From an uncultured Actinomycetes bacterium (GTDB taxonomy: Bacteria; Actinomycetota; Acidimicrobiia; IMCC26256; DASPTH01): 64,000 nt of DNA. Shown here piece after piece: positions 1-10,586 of this stretch. A model generated the notes under the pieces. It was not told where the DNA came from, searched no databases, and saw only the letters and a list, made by a program, of their open reading frames with translations. The stretch's first letter is position 1, and the number at the start of each line of letters is the position of its first letter. Where the stretch lies: contig CAVZKC010000004.1 in assembly GCA_963775795.1 (NCBI GenBank), positions 722,613 through 786,612 on the forward strand. Direction: 5' to 3'. Made by a program: the position numbers and the translations under genes.

Positions 1-865
1 GCCCGAAGTTCGACATCACGGTCGCGACGACGGCGCCGCCGTCGAGGAGGCCGCGGTCGTGAAGGTCGAGGGCCGCAATCATGAGCATCTCGTCGCCGTC
101 GACGATGTCGCCGCGCTCGTCGACCGCGATCACGCGGTCGGCGTCGCCGTCGAACGCGAGCCCCGCGTCGGCCCCACTCGCCCGGACCGCGTCGCGGAGA
201 GAGGCCGGATCCATGGAACCGCAGCCGGCGTTGATGTTGGTGCCGTCGGGTGCCGCGTGGAGCACCGAGATGTCTGCGCCCGCGGCTCGGAACGCGGCCG
301 GCGCGACCCGGAACGCCGCGCCGTTCCCGCAGTCGAGGACGACGCGCAGCCCCGAGAGGCTGCGATCGTCGAGCGTGCCCACCAGCCAGCCCACGTAGTC
401 CTCGGCCGGGTTGCGGACCTCGCTCGCCACCCCGACCGCCGCGTCGACCGGGCTCCCCGCAGGAATGCCCACCGCGAGCTCGCGGAGCTCGCGCTCGAGC
501 TGGGCCTCGACATGCTCGGGGAGCTTCCGCCCTCCGAGCGCGAGCAGCTTCACCCCGTTGTCACCGAACGGGTTGTGGCTCGCCGAGATCACCGCCGCCG
601 GGGCGCCCCGCTCGCGTGCGACGTAGGCCACGCCCGGCGTCGGCAACACCCCCACGAGCGCGACGTCACCGCCCTCGGCGCAGAGCCCTGCGACGAGGGC
701 GGCCTCGAGCATCGGACCCGAACGCCGGGTGTCGCGCCCGACCACGAACGGCTGGTCGTCTCCGATCACGCGCACCATCGCACGACCCAGAGCGGTGACG
801 AGCTCGACCGTCAGCTCGCTGTTCGCGACGCCGCGGAGACCGTCGGTACCAAACCGGAGCGCCAT
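1..865 (-). CDS. glmM: phosphoglucosamine mutase, N-terminal part (gene runs off the left edge)
   Basis: Absent from the ORF track because it has no in-window stop. Hand translation of the reverse strand from ATG 865-863 gives MALRFGTDGLRGVANSELTVELVTALGRAMV...LPTPGVAYVARERGAPAAVISASHNPFGDNGVKL. This shows the FGTDGxRG start and the SASHNP phosphoserine loop of the phosphohexomutase family. It lies directly downstream of rplM-rpsI. Confidence 0.85.
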   Translation of the reverse strand, partial: MALRFGTDGLRGVANSELTVELVTALGRAMVRVIGDDQPFVVGRDTRRSGPMLEAALVAGLCAEGGDVALVGVLPTPGVAYVARERGAPAAVISASHNPFGDNGVKLLALGGRKLPEHVEAQLERELRELAVGIPAGSPVDAAVGVASEVRNPAEDYVGWLVGTLDDRSLSGLRVVLDCGNGAAFRVAPAAFRAAGADISVLHAAPDGTNINAGCGSMDPASLRDAVRASGADAGLAFDGDADRVIAVDERGDIVDGDEMLMIAALDLHDRGLLDGGAVVATVMSNFG

Positions 866-879
866 GGAAGCTGGCCGGT

Positions 880-1272
880 CTAACGCTTCGAGTACTGCGG
901 CGCTTTCCGGGCCTTCTTGAGGCCGTACTTGCGACGCTCCTTCTCACGCGCGTCACGAGTGAGGAGGCCGGCCTTCTTGAGCTGCGGCCGCGCCTCCTCG
1001 TCGAGGGAGATCAGTGCCCGGGCGATCCCGAGGCGGAGGGCGCCCGCCTGCCCGCTCACCCCACCGCCGTCGAGCGTGGCGTCGACGTCGTACACGTCCG
1101 CGGTCTGCGTGAGGCGCAGTGCCTCCAGCGCCACGACCCGGTGGGTGAGGATGGGGAAGTACTGCTCGAAGGGTCGGCCGTTGACGGTGACGACACCGCT
1201 GCCGGGACGCAGTCGCACGCGTGCGACGGCCTCCTTGCGCCGACCCGTGCGCTGAATGAGGGGATTGGGCAC
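880..1272 (-). CDS. rpsI: 30S ribosomal protein uS9
   Basis: Track ORF of 130 aa. [22 protein letters not shown] and the C-terminal [12 protein letters not shown] are uS9 hallmarks. It follows rplM. Confidence 0.97.
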   Translation of the reverse strand: MPNPLIQRTGRRKEAVARVRLRPGSGVVTVNGRPFEQYFPILTHRVVALEALRLTQTADVYDVDATLDGGGVSGQAGALRLGIARALISLDEEARPQLKKAGLLTRDAREKERRKYGLKKARKAPQYSKR

Positions 1273-1285
1273 GAAGAATCTCCTG

Positions 1286-1732
1286 TCAGCCGGCTCGGGA
1301 TCCGGCGAGCGGGTACGGCTGGGGCTGCTGGGCGGAGTGTGGGTGGGAGTCGCCCGCGTACACCCGCAGCTTCTTGATCGTGGCGCGCCCGAGGCGACCC
1401 TTCGGGAGCATGCCCTTGACCGCGAGACGAATCACACGCGCGGGGTCACGGGCGAGCAGGTGCTCGAGCGATTCCGTGCTCAGGCCGCCCGGGTAGCCCG
1501 AATGGCGGTGGTAGCGCTTGTCGGCGAGCTTGCGGGCGCTGAGATCGAGCTTGGCCGCGTTGACGACGATCACGTGGTCGCCCGTGTCGACGTGGGGCGC
1601 AAAGATCGGCTTGTGCTTGCCCCGCAGCAACCGGGCGACTTCGGTCGACAGCCGCCCGAGAACGGCCCCCTCGGCGTCGATCACGTGCCAGGCGCGTTGG
1701 ATGTCGGCAGGTTTGGGGCTGAAGGTCCGCAC
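1286..1732 (-). CDS. rplM: 50S ribosomal protein uL13
   Basis: Last 148 codons of track ORF 1286..2539. GTG at 1732-1730 has GAGGAA just upstream. [47 protein letters not shown] is the uL13 N-terminal signature. Confidence 0.93.
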   Translation of the reverse strand: MRTFSPKPADIQRAWHVIDAEGAVLGRLSTEVARLLRGKHKPIFAPHVDTGDHVIVVNAAKLDLSARKLADKRYHRHSGYPGGLSTESLEHLLARDPARVIRLAVKGMLPKGRLGRATIKKLRVYAGDSHPHSAQQPQPYPLAGSRAG

Positions 1733-1868
1733 GGGTTCCTCACGAACGGGGTGGCAGACGGGCTGTCGAACAACTGTTCGGGTGCGCGCGTCCGCAGAGC
1801 GAGAAGGCGCGGAGCGAGAGTTTAGGCGCAGCGGTACCGGCGCAAATGCCCAATGCGGCCGCGGCCGA

Positions 1869-3374
1869 GTGGGCCGAGCGGTCGTAGGCTTGGCGCCCGT
1901 GGACGGGTCGCCAGGGGAGCTCGAGCGGGCGCGGAGCCTGTTGCTCGGCGACGAGCTGGCGCCGATCGTCGACATGGTGCTGCAGTCGCCCGGCGCCGAC
2001 GAATACGAGGCCGCCACGGTGGAAGGAAGCATTCGGTTCCGCCGTGAGGGCGGCGCCTTCGACGTCGTCGAGATCACGGGGATCGACCCGCTCGCCGACC
2101 AGTCCCCCGCCGCGTTCGCCGGTCTCGCCGCCGAGCGCGCCGACCCGCATCCTGCGCGGGCGGACAATTCGTATCCGTACACGTTCGAGCAGGTCGCGCA
2201 GCTGTTCGACCACCCCGCCGCGCCCGACCTCTGCGTGGTCCACTCCGCCGACCACAACTGGGAGGACCAGGGCGGCCACCGGGGCGAACACGGCTCGCTC
2301 GGCATCGGGCAGGCCCGGGCGCCGTTCGTGGTCGCCGGCCGGGGGGTCCGCGCCGACGGGGTCGTGCCCCGCGCCGCGCGCCTCGTCGATGTCGCGCCGA
2401 CGATCGCCGCGCTGCTCGGCTGCGACGCGCCCGGCACCGACGGACGGGTGCCCGCCGACGGGCAGGCGCGCCGCGAGGCGCTCGACGGCGACCGGCCCCG
2501 ACAGGTGCTGGGATTCCTCTTCGACGGCGTGAACCCCAACGTCCTCTACGACATGGCCGCCGCGGGCGAAGCGCCCCACGTGCGCCGCCTGATGGATCTC
2601 GGCACGACCTACGAGTGGGGAGCGATCGCGTCGCTCCCCACGGTCACGCTCGCCAACCACACGACCATCCTCACGGGTCGGTGTCCCGGCCACCACGGGA
2701 TCCTCCACAACGCGTGGTACGACCGGGCCCGCGCCGAGCAAATCATCACGAACTCCCAGGCGACGTGGCCGTGGTCGATGCGCCACCTGTTCGACGGGGT
2801 CGAGACGCTGCACCACCGCGTGCACGAATCGGAGCCGGACTCGTTCACCGCCTCGGTGAACGAACCCTGCGACCCGGGCGCCGACTACTCGACCTTCGCC
2901 TTCCTCCGGGCCGGCGAGTCGCCCGCGCTCGCCGCGCATCCGGCGGCGCTGCCCCACACCACCGAGCGGTTCGTACGTCCCTCCAAGAGCTACGCGTGGT
3001 CGACGGCGGTCGACCACGCGTGCGTCGAGCAGGCGGTCGGCCTCTGGGAGGGTGAGCTGCGTGGGACGCGGTACCCGCGCCCGCGGTTCATGTGGTGCAA
3101 CTTCACGCTCACCGACGCCGCGTTCCACGAAGGCGGCCCGCATTCCGAGATCGCGGCGGCCTCGGTGCGCGACACCGACGCCCGGCTCGGCGAGATCCTG
3201 GCGGCGGTCGAGCGCACCGGCGCCTTCGACGAGACCGCGTTCGTGCTCGTCGCCGACCACGGGATGCAAGAGACGGACCCGACCGTGCGGGGAGATTGGG
3301 GGGTCGCGCTGCGCGCTGCCGGACTGACGTTTCGCGACGAGGGCTACGGCTTCCTGTACTTGAGTGACACCTGA
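1869..3374 (+). CDS. alkaline-phosphatase-superfamily protein (type I phosphodiesterase / nucleotide pyrophosphatase-like)
   Basis: Track ORF 1518..3374. Its 5' part is antisense to rplM, so the start is probably GTG 1869 or ATG 1974 (uncertain). AP/NPP motifs: [58 protein letters not shown]. Confidence 0.75.
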   Translation: MGRAVVGLAPVDGSPGELERARSLLLGDELAPIVDMVLQSPGADEYEAATVEGSIRFRREGGAFDVVEITGIDPLADQSPAAFAGLAAERADPHPARADNSYPYTFEQVAQLFDHPAAPDLCVVHSADHNWEDQGGHRGEHGSLGIGQARAPFVVAGRGVRADGVVPRAARLVDVAPTIAALLGCDAPGTDGRVPADGQARREALDGDRPRQVLGFLFDGVNPNVLYDMAAAGEAPHVRRLMDLGTTYEWGAIASLPTVTLANHTTILTGRCPGHHGILHNAWYDRARAEQIITNSQATWPWSMRHLFDGVETLHHRVHESEPDSFTASVNEPCDPGADYSTFAFLRAGESPALAAHPAALPHTTERFVRPSKSYAWSTAVDHACVEQAVGLWEGELRGTRYPRPRFMWCNFTLTDAAFHEGGPHSEIAAASVRDTDARLGEILAAVERTGAFDETAFVLVADHGMQETDPTVRGDWGVALRAAGLTFRDEGYGFLYLSDT

Positions 3375-3381
3375 GGAACCG

Positions 3382-4496
3382 TCACACGCTCGTCCCCACC
3401 GCCTTCCCGACGAAGAACGTCACTGTCGCCACCGCCGCGCCGATCAGCGCCATGCGTAGTCCCGCGCGACCCGCGCGGCGACCGGTGAACACCGACGTGA
3501 CCGCGCCGGCGCCGAACAGCGCGAGGATCGAGAGCGTCGCCGCGACCACCGTCGGCGCCGTTCCGCTGCCGAAGAAGAACGGGACGACGGGGATCAGCGC
3601 GCCCAACCCGAACGCGACGAACGACGACACCGCCGCCACCCACGGCGAGCCCAGCTTCGTGGGATCCAGCCCGAGCTCCTCACCGCGAGGGTGTCGAGCG
3701 CGATGTCGTCGTTGGCCATGATCCGATCGACGAGCGCGCGTGCGGCCGTGGGCTCGATGCCCTTCGCCCGGTAGATCAGCTCGAGCTCGGCGCGCTCCTC
3801 CTCGGGGAACGCGCGGAACTCCTCGCGTTCGATGCGCAGCTCGTTCTCGTAGAGCTCGCGCTGCGAGCGCACCGAGATCCACTCCCCCGAGGCCATCGAG
3901 AAAGCGCCGGCGACGAGCCCCGCGATGCCGGCCAGGAGCACGATGCTGTTGTCGGTGGTACCCCCGGCGATGCCCATGACCAGCGAGAAGTTGGAGACGA
4001 GCCCGTCGTTGACCCCGAACACCGTGGCGCGCAGCGCGCCCCCCACGCCCGCCCGGTGCCGCCCCTCGGAGCGGGCGATGCGCCCGCCGGCGGGGATCCC
4101 CTGCATCGCCGCGATCGTGCGACCGGCAGCCTGCTCCTGTGCAGCCATCGCGTCGGTGGCCTCGTCGTCTTCCCGGTAGCGCCCCGCCTCGGCCGCTTCG
4201 GTCCGCAGCATGATCGGAAGCACGGCTTCGGTGCCGAAGCGGCGAGCGAGCGCGCAGAGCACCTTGACGCGAAACGGCGTGCGCGGCCGCACAGTCTCCT
4301 CCCCCGCGGCGCGCAGCAGACCGGCCCAGTGCTCGGCATGGCGCTCCTCGGCTGCCGCGAGCTGGAGGAAGACGCCGCGGCGCGAGTCGTCCGCGTAGCG
4401 CGCGAGACCGCGGTAGAGCTCACCACCGGCGATCTCGTCCGCCCACATCTCGTGGATGTGCGCGAGACGCTTGCGCTCGGTCGGATGCGTCGTCAT
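3382..4496 (-). pseudogene. ferritin/rubrerythrin-like domain fused to a VIT1/CCC1-family iron/manganese transporter, frame-disrupted as assembled
   Basis: Two track ORFs lie in different minus frames. ORF 3594..4496 carries AAEERHAEHWAGLL, then GALRATVFGVNDGLVSNFSLVMG, and ends at DIALDTLA. ORF 3382..3882 carries GEELGLDPTKLGSPWVAAVSSFVAFGLGALIPVVPFFF and the last TM helices. The frames meet at about 3683-3690. Confidence 0.8.
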
Positions 4497-4535
4497 CGGC
4501 GCAACGGTACGCCCTCCACCGCGCGACGGACGGGC

Positions 4536-5321
4536 TCAGTACCCGACGTCGGAGAGGCAGAGCCCGTGGGCCGGCGCGACCGACCCTGCGGCGGCCCGGT
4601 CGCATGATCGCAGGATTCCCAGCACGTCACCGGGGCGGAGCCGGCCGGTCCCCACGTCGACGAGCGTCCCCACGATCGAGCGCACCATCTGCCAGCAGAA
4701 CGCGCTCGCCCTGATCTCGTAGTGGAGCACCCCGTCGCCTTCGTCGTGCCAGCACGAGTCGAGGACCCTCCGGACCGTGGTGGAGCCCTCGGGACCCTTG
4801 CGGCAGAAGCTCGCGAAGTCGTGCTCGCCGAGGAACGGGTCGGCGCCGAGGCGCAGCAGACGCAGGTCGAGCGGCTCGCGGACCCACCACGCGTACCGCG
4901 CCCGGAACGGATCCGGGTCGCGGCGGTTGACGATCGTGTAGCGGTAGGCGCGCCAACGCGCGTCGTGACGGGCATCGAACCCTCGGTCGACGAGGACGGC
5001 CTCCCGCGCGACGACCTCGGGGCCGAGCTGGCCGTTCACCGCGCGGCGGACCGCATCCGCGTCCGTCGAGGCAGGCACCGGAGCGCTCACGACCTGACCC
5101 CACGCGTGGACCCCGGCGTCGGTGCGGCCCGCGCACGAGAGCTCGACGGGGGCGCCGACCACCCGCGAGATCACGTCGGTGAGCACGCCCGCGACCGTGC
5201 GGACGTCGGGCTGCGCGGCAAAGCCGTGGAATTCGGTTCCGTCGTATGCGATCGTCAGGCGGAGCGCCGCCGTGCCGCTCGACTCCGCCGCGGGGGCGTC
5301 GCCGAACGGCAGCTCGTTCAC
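4536..5321 (-). CDS. truA: tRNA pseudouridine(38-40) synthase
   Basis: Track ORF of 261 aa. [16 protein letters not shown] and the catalytic-Asp motif GRTDAGVHA are present. It overlaps the rplQ stop by 4 nt. Confidence 0.9.
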   Translation of the reverse strand: MNELPFGDAPAAESSGTAALRLTIAYDGTEFHGFAAQPDVRTVAGVLTDVISRVVGAPVELSCAGRTDAGVHAWGQVVSAPVPASTDADAVRRAVNGQLGPEVVAREAVLVDRGFDARHDARWRAYRYTIVNRRDPDPFRARYAWWVREPLDLRLLRLGADPFLGEHDFASFCRKGPEGSTTVRRVLDSCWHDEGDGVLHYEIRASAFCWQMVRSIVGTLVDVGTGRLRPGDVLGILRSCDRAAAGSVAPAHGLCLSDVGY

Positions 5322-5668
5322 ACCAGCTCGACGCGCGCCATGGGCGCGTTGTCACCGGGGCGGGGACCGAGCTTCAAGATGCGTAGGTAGCCGCCGCTGC
5401 GATCCGCGTAGCGCGGGCCGATCTCCGCGAAGAGCTTGTGGGTGACGTCTTGATCGTGGATCTTCGCGATCACCTGGCGGCGCTGGTGCACGCCTCCGGC
5501 CTTCGCCTTGGTGATGAGCCGCTCGGCGTAGGGACGGAGCGCCTTCGCCTTCGGCACGGTGGTCACGAGGTACCCCGCTTCGAACAGGTGCGCGGCGAGG
5601 TTCGCCATCACCAGGCGCTGGTGGGCAGGGTCGCGCCCGAACCGTGGACCCTTCTTCGGCGTCGGCAT
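5318..5668 (-). CDS. rplQ: 50S ribosomal protein bL17
   Basis: Track ORF of 116 aa with [19 protein letters not shown] and [25 protein letters not shown]. It follows rpoA. Confidence 0.95.
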   Translation of the reverse strand: MPTPKKGPRFGRDPAHQRLVMANLAAHLFEAGYLVTTVPKAKALRPYAERLITKAKAGGVHQRRQVIAKIHDQDVTHKLFAEIGPRYADRSGGYLRILKLGPRPGDNAPMARVELV

Positions 5669-5670
5669 CG

Positions 5671-6603
5671 CTACTCCTTCACCCGCAGCGCCAGCCCGCG
5701 CTCGTCGAGCTTCTGGAGCACCTCTTCGAGCGACTTCGAGCCGAAGTTGGTGATCGCGAGCAGATCGTCCTCAGTCTTCTGGACGAGCTGGCCGATCGTG
5801 TCGACGCGCGCCCGCTTGAGGCAGTTGCGCGGACGCTCCGAGAGCTCGAGCTCCTCGATGGGCAGCTCGAGATCGGGGGACGCCGTGGACGGGGCGACCT
5901 CGCCGAGCTCGAGGCCGCGCGGCTCGTCGCTCAGATCGGCGACCAGCCCCACCAGGGTGCGCAGCGTGTCGCCGGCCGACGACAGGGCGTCGCGCGGGGA
6001 GATCGACCCGTCGGTCTCGATCTCGAGGATGAGCTTGTCGTAATTCGTGGCCTGCTCGACGCGGGTCGGCTCCACCGAGAACGCGACGCGGCGAACCGGG
6101 GAGAAGATCGCGTCCACCGGGATCACGCCGATCGACGACGTGCGCTTGTTGCGCTCCGCCGAGAGGTAGCCCCGGCCCTGCTCGACGGTCACATCGAAGG
6201 CCAGCCGTCCCTTGGCGTTCACTGTCGCGAGGTGCAGCTCGGGGTTGAGAACTTCGACGTCGGCGGTCACCTGGATGTCGCCGGCCGTCACGTCGGACGG
6301 GCCGCGCTTGTCGAGCCGCAGGGTAACGGGCTCCTCGGAGCTGCAGCGCAGCACGAGGTCCTTCAAGTTGAGGATGAGGTCGGTGACGTCTTCCTTGACA
6401 CCGTCGATCACCGAGAACTCGTGCAACGCGTCGTCGAAGTGCACCTGCGTCACGGCCGCGCCCGGAATCGACGACAGGAGCGTGCGCCGAAGGCTGTTGC
6501 CGAGCGTGTGCCCGAATCCGGGCTCCAGCGGACCGATGGTGAACTGGCCGTGGTTTCCCTCGGCGTCGAGGACTTCGACCTGGGGACGTTGGATGATGAG
6601 CAT
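5671..6603 (-). CDS. rpoA: DNA-directed RNA polymerase subunit alpha
   Basis: Track ORF of 310 aa with [28 protein letters not shown] and the C-terminal domain [21 protein letters not shown]. Confidence 0.97.
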   Translation of the reverse strand: MLIIQRPQVEVLDAEGNHGQFTIGPLEPGFGHTLGNSLRRTLLSSIPGAAVTQVHFDDALHEFSVIDGVKEDVTDLILNLKDLVLRCSSEEPVTLRLDKRGPSDVTAGDIQVTADVEVLNPELHLATVNAKGRLAFDVTVEQGRGYLSAERNKRTSSIGVIPVDAIFSPVRRVAFSVEPTRVEQATNYDKLILEIETDGSISPRDALSSAGDTLRTLVGLVADLSDEPRGLELGEVAPSTASPDLELPIEELELSERPRNCLKRARVDTIGQLVQKTEDDLLAITNFGSKSLEEVLQKLDERGLALRVKE

Positions 6604-6674
6604 GCGATCTCGCCTCTGATCAAGAGCGGTGGTTGCGGCCCCGCGCTCGGCGCGTTGCCCTTACAGGAGGTGCC

Positions 6675-7298
6675 CTACTTCGAGTAGAGCTCGACGATGA
6701 GCTGCTCGCGCACCGGCACGTCGATCTGCTCGCGCAGCGGCAGGTCGCGGACGGTCGCCTTGTGGTCGGAGCCCGCCACGTCGAGCCACTGCGGCACGAT
6801 GCGGTCGATCGTGTCGATGTTGTGACGGACGACGATCATCTTCTGGGCCTTCGCGCCGAGCTCGATGACGTCGCCCTTGCGCACCTGGTACGACGGGAAC
6901 GTGACCCGCTTGCCGTTCACGAGCACGTGCCCGTGGCGGACGAACTGGCGAGCCTGGCTGCGGCTGGCGGCGAAGCCCGTCCGGAACACGATGTTGTCGA
7001 GCCGCAGCTCGAGCATGCGCAGGAGATTCTCGCCGGTGATGCCCTTCTCGCGGGCAGCCTCGGCGTACATGTTGCGGAACTGCTTCTCCAGCACGCCGTA
7101 GATCCGGCGGGCCTTCTGCTTCTCACGCAGCTGGAGCAGGTACTCGCTCTCGCGGATGCGGCCGCGGCCGTGCTGACCGGGCGGGTAGGGCTTGCGCTCG
7201 ACGGGGCAACGCATCGTGTCGCACTTGGCGCCCTTGAGGAACAGCTTCATCCGCTCGCGCCGGCAGAGCCGGCACACCGGACCCGTGGTGCGCGCCAT
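6675..7298 (-). CDS. rpsD: 30S ribosomal protein uS4
   Basis: ATG 7298 lies inside track ORF 6675..7328 ([26 protein letters not shown]...). It forms a TGATG overlap with the rpsK stop. Confidence 0.95.
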   Translation of the reverse strand: MARTTGPVCRLCRRERMKLFLKGAKCDTMRCPVERKPYPPGQHGRGRIRESEYLLQLREKQKARRIYGVLEKQFRNMYAEAAREKGITGENLLRMLELRLDNIVFRTGFAASRSQARQFVRHGHVLVNGKRVTFPSYQVRKGDVIELGAKAQKMIVVRHNIDTIDRIVPQWLDVAGSDHKATVRDLPLREQIDVPVREQLIVELYSK

Positions 7299-7696
7299 CA
7301 GACCCTCCGCCGCTTCGGCGGGCGGCACCCGTTGTGCGGGATCGGCGTGACGTCCTTGATGCCCACGACCTCGATGCCCGTGTTCTGGATGGTTCGGATG
7401 GCCGTCTCGCGACCCGAGCCGGGACCCTTCACCACGCAGTCGACCTTGCGCACGCCGTGCTCCATGGCTCGGCGCGCCGCGGTCTCGGCGGCGAGCTGCG
7501 CCGCGAACGGCGTGCTCTTGCGCGAGCCCTTGAATCCGACGTTCCCCGCCGAGGCCCAGGCGATGACGTTGCCCTGCTGGTCGGAGATGCTGATGATCGT
7601 GTTGTTGAACGACGACTTGATGTGTGCGATCCCGTAGGCGACGTTTTTGCGTTCGCGTCGCTTGGGTCGTCGACCGCCGGCGGCGGGCTTGGCCAT
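7298..7696 (-). CDS. rpsK: 30S ribosomal protein uS11
   Basis: Track ORF of 132 aa with [30 protein letters not shown] and [18 protein letters not shown]. Confidence 0.97.
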   Translation of the reverse strand: MAKPAAGGRRPKRRERKNVAYGIAHIKSSFNNTIISISDQQGNVIAWASAGNVGFKGSRKSTPFAAQLAAETAARRAMEHGVRKVDCVVKGPGSGRETAIRTIQNTGIEVVGIKDVTPIPHNGCRPPKRRRV

Positions 7697-7723
7697 TGCT
7701 CGGTGTCCCCTTCTGTCGCGGTG

Positions 7724-8101
7724 CTACTTGCGGGCGCGCTTCTTGCCGGCGACCGTCTTCTTCGGACCCTTGCGGGTGCGGGCGTTCGTCCGGGTGCGCT
7801 GGCCCCGCACGGGAAGACCCCGACGGTGGCGCAGACCCTCGTAGCTGCCGATCTCGACCTTGCGCTTGATGTTGGCGGCGACCTCGCGGCGGAGGTCACC
7901 TTCGACCTTCAGGTTCTGGTCGACGTAGGTGCGCAGGTGCGCCACCTCGTCTTCGGTGAGGTCACGGACCCGGGTGTCGGGAGAGATGTCGACCGCGCTG
8001 CAGATCTGGCGCGACGTGGTGCGACCCACCCCGAAGATGTAGGTGAGCGAGATCTCCAGCCGCTTCTCGCGGGGGATGTCGACTCCGCTGATACGAGCCA
8101 A
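7724..8101 (-). CDS. rpsM: 30S ribosomal protein uS13
   Basis: Inside track ORF 7724..8191. TTG at 8101-8099 is preceded by GGAAGAGG and gives (M)[25 protein letters not shown]. Confidence 0.93.
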   Translation of the reverse strand: MARISGVDIPREKRLEISLTYIFGVGRTTSRQICSAVDISPDTRVRDLTEDEVAHLRTYVDQNLKVEGDLRREVAANIKRKVEIGSYEGLRHRRGLPVRGQRTRTNARTRKGPKKTVAGKKRARK

Positions 8102-8115
8102 GGGGTGACCTCTTC

Positions 8116-8229
8116 CTATCCCTGACGCTGCTTGTGGCGCGGGTTGGTGCAGATGACCCGCACCGCGCCGTGGCGGCGGATCACCTTGCACTTCTCACAC
8201 ATCTTCTTCACGGAAGGGCGGACCTTCAT
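8116..8229 (-). CDS. rpmJ: 50S ribosomal protein bL36 (zinc-ribbon type)
   Basis: Too short for the ORF track. Hand translation from ATG 8229 gives [37 protein letters not shown], with stop TAG at 8118-8116. It lies between infA and rpsM, as usual. Confidence 0.92.
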   Translation of the reverse strand: MKVRPSVKKMCEKCKVIRRHGAVRVICTNPRHKQRQG

Positions 8230-8241
8230 GGTGCTCCGGTG

Positions 8242-8475
8242 CTACTTGTACCGATAGGTGATGCGGCCTCGGCTGAGGTCGTACGGAGTGAGCTCGACCT
8301 GGACCCGGTCCCCCGGGAGGATCCGGATGTAGTGCATCCGCATCTTCCCCGAGATGTGCGCCAGCACCTTGTGCCCGTTCTCGAGCTCGACCCGGAACAT
8401 GGCGTTGGGCAACGGTTCGACGACCGTGCCCTCGACCAGGATCGTGTCGTCCTTGGGCTTTGCCAGGACCTCCAC
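8242..8475 (-). CDS. infA: translation initiation factor IF-1
   Basis: Track ORF of 77 aa with a GTG start. [45 protein letters not shown] is present. Confidence 0.96.
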   Translation of the reverse strand: MEVLAKPKDDTILVEGTVVEPLPNAMFRVELENGHKVLAHISGKMRMHYIRILPGDRVQVELTPYDLSRGRITYRYK

Positions 8476-8488
8476 CTACCTCACTCCG

Positions 8489-8507
8489 GCGCGCGGCGAC
8501 CGCGCGC
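8489..8507 (-). other. perfect GC hairpin between the GMC gene stop and the infA Shine-Dalgarno
   Basis: GCGCGCGG-CGA-CCGCGCGC, an 8-bp stem with a 3-nt loop. On the minus strand it has no U-tail and ends about 14 nt before the infA GGAG. Its role (terminator or processing/insulator element) is unknown. Confidence 0.25.
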
Positions 8508-8592
8508 AAAATCCACTGAGAGCCGACCGACAAGGCTACACGCTGCCTGCCGATCCCGGAAATCCGGCTTTTCGGACACGTGGGCCCGCGCG

Positions 8593-10155
8593 CTACGCGA
8601 GCACGCGGTCGCGCAGGTGGTCGGCAAGGCGCAGGGCCAGGGCAACGATCGTGATCGTGGGCGTCGAGGCGCCACTCGTGGGGAAGACCGCGCTCCCCCC
8701 GATGTAGAGGTTCGCGACGCCGTGGACCCGGCACTGCGGGTCGACGACGCCCTGGCGGGGGCTCTGATGCATGCGGGCCGTCCCCATGTGGTGCGAGCCG
8801 GTGTTGACCTCGTAATCGAGGTCGTCGCCGGGCCCGAAGTCAGCGTTTGTGAAGCCGTAGATGTCGACCTTCACCCGCCCGATCCCCCGGCGACCGAGCT
8901 CGCTGCCGAGGAACTGCATCGAGCGCAGAAGGCTCTCCCGGTCGTTCCTCGCGAGGCGCCAGTCGAGCTGCGGCTTGCGCATCCCGAGCTCGTCGCGCTC
9001 GCCGGTGAGGGTGAGTCGGCTACGGGGGTTGGGCTCCTGCTCGCAGAGCACCCGGAGCGGCACGGCGCTGGCCGCCGGCGTGCCGAACGCGGCCAGGAGC
9101 TCGGCCGCGTCGTCCGTGCCCGCATAGGTGGCGTTCACCCGTTCGCCGAACGGGTCCTCCGCGACCCGATCGGCGATCGTGAACTCGATGCTCTCGAGGC
9201 CGCGGGCCCGGCTCTCCGCCTCGGCGGGCAGGAGCACGGGCTGGAGCCAGATCGTCCGCTGCTCCCCGTCGATCTCGAGCTGGTGCTCGACCGGCTCGTA
9301 GTTGGCGATCACGGCCTCTGGCGTCGCATCGAGCAGTGCGACGCCCGTGATGATGTTGACGTGCTCCATGAAGAAGCGGCCGACGAGGTCGTGCTCGTTG
9401 CCGAGCCCCTCGCGATGCACGTCGGTCGACGCGAGGAGCAGCCGCGGAACTTCCAGGCCCCCGGTCGCCAGCACGTACACCTTCGCCCGGACCGTGAACG
9501 TGTTACCGCGGAACGTCTTGACGAACACATGGTCGAGCTGGCCGCCGTCGGGCGTCGCGGCGAGGTTCGTGACGTTCGACCACGTGTGCAGCTGCACGTA
9601 CGGCGAGCCCACGATCTCGTCGTGGTACACCGGGCCGAGCCTCGGCGAGTTCGTGAGCTGGACGACCTGGTGCGGGGTGGCCGGATCCTCGAGGAGCGGT
9701 GGCTCGAGCACACCCTGCTCCGCCCACGGTCGCCAGTCATTCCCGGGCGGACCGAGCTTCAGGACCTGGTGGGCGCGCGCGTAGTAGGGCAACAGCTCGT
9801 CGCGTCCGAACGGCCAGCCCGACCGGTCGACCCAGGGCCGGGACTCGAAGTCGAGATCGGTCAGCGGGCGGCAGTACCCGGCCCAGTGGTTGGTCGTGCC
9901 GCCGAAGTAGCGGAGGCGAGGAACGTCGAGGCCGATGTGGAGCGTCGGGTCGAGCGCCAGGCCGACGACCTTGCCGTCGTAGAGCGCCTGCGTGCGCGCG
10001 TCGGGCTCGAAGTCGCCGCTCTCGAGGAGCACGACCGATCGCTGTGCACCGGCGAGCTCGCGGGCGAGCGTGATGCCGGCGGCGCCGGCGCCGATGATGC
10101 ACACGTCCCCCTCGACCAGGGCGCCCTCGGGCACCGTGCGCGCATCGACCAGCAT
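8593..10155 (-). CDS. GMC-family FAD-dependent oxidoreductase
   Basis: Track ORF 8593..10227, with a likely ATG at 10155. N-terminal FAD fold DVCIIGAGAAGITLARELAG. C-terminal GMC signature GSHHMGTARMH...VVDPQCRVHGVANLYIGGSAVFPTSG. Confidence 0.85.
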   Translation of the reverse strand: MLVDARTVPEGALVEGDVCIIGAGAAGITLARELAGAQRSVVLLESGDFEPDARTQALYDGKVVGLALDPTLHIGLDVPRLRYFGGTTNHWAGYCRPLTDLDFESRPWVDRSGWPFGRDELLPYYARAHQVLKLGPPGNDWRPWAEQGVLEPPLLEDPATPHQVVQLTNSPRLGPVYHDEIVGSPYVQLHTWSNVTNLAATPDGGQLDHVFVKTFRGNTFTVRAKVYVLATGGLEVPRLLLASTDVHREGLGNEHDLVGRFFMEHVNIITGVALLDATPEAVIANYEPVEHQLEIDGEQRTIWLQPVLLPAEAESRARGLESIEFTIADRVAEDPFGERVNATYAGTDDAAELLAAFGTPAASAVPLRVLCEQEPNPRSRLTLTGERDELGMRKPQLDWRLARNDRESLLRSMQFLGSELGRRGIGRVKVDIYGFTNADFGPGDDLDYEVNTGSHHMGTARMHQSPRQGVVDPQCRVHGVANLYIGGSAVFPTSGASTPTITIVALALRLADHLRDRVLA

Positions 10156-10169
10156 GCGGGGTGGGATGC

Positions 10170-10529
10170 CTACGCGTTCAGGGCGACGAGTGCCGCCGCG
10201 CGCGCCTCGGTGCGGGAGAGCTGCCACCCCGACACGCTCACGATGCGATCGGCAGCGAAGTCCTGCTCGACCTGCCCGGCCAACGCGGGGAGCTGGCTCC
10301 GGACGTCGACACCGGGATCGAGCGCGGGGACACGAGCCACGAGCTCCGCACGGTGCGCTTCCTTCGGATGATCGGCGAGATACGCGCGTCCGAGCCGCAC
10401 GACGCCGTCGACAGCTTCCTGAGCGAGCGCCCGCAGCGGTCGGATGACGACCGCCGTCGCCGCGACCCCTGCGCCCAACATGCCGAGAAACCCGCGCCGG
10501 GTCAGACCGGCAGAGTCAGGCGCGCGCAC
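10170..10529 (-). CDS. small Tat-signal protein, probable partner subunit of the GMC oxidoreductase
   Basis: Track ORF of 119 aa with a GTG start. Twin-arginine signal LTRRGFLGMLGAGVAATAVV. Its stop lies 14 nt before the GMC ATG, like the small subunit-3-type partners of GMC/gluconate 2-dehydrogenases. Confidence 0.6.
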   Translation of the reverse strand: MRAPDSAGLTRRGFLGMLGAGVAATAVVIRPLRALAQEAVDGVVRLGRAYLADHPKEAHRAELVARVPALDPGVDVRSQLPALAGQVEQDFAADRIVSVSGWQLSRTEARAAALVALNA

Positions 10530-10586
10530 GAAGGGCGATGCTACCGAGCCGGCTCGAGCTTCCAGCGTCGGGGCACCGGCCCTGGA

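Noticed and set aside
59-883. A 274-aa + strand ORF at the left edge.
   Set aside because: It is antisense to glmM, whose reverse-strand translation shows the phosphohexomutase active-site motifs.
1819-1824. A TAAACT -10-like hexamer (minus strand) about 85 nt upstream of rplM, with TTGCGC 15 nt further upstream.
   Set aside because: The spacing is non-canonical, and a single hexamer match is not enough to call a promoter without transcription-start data.
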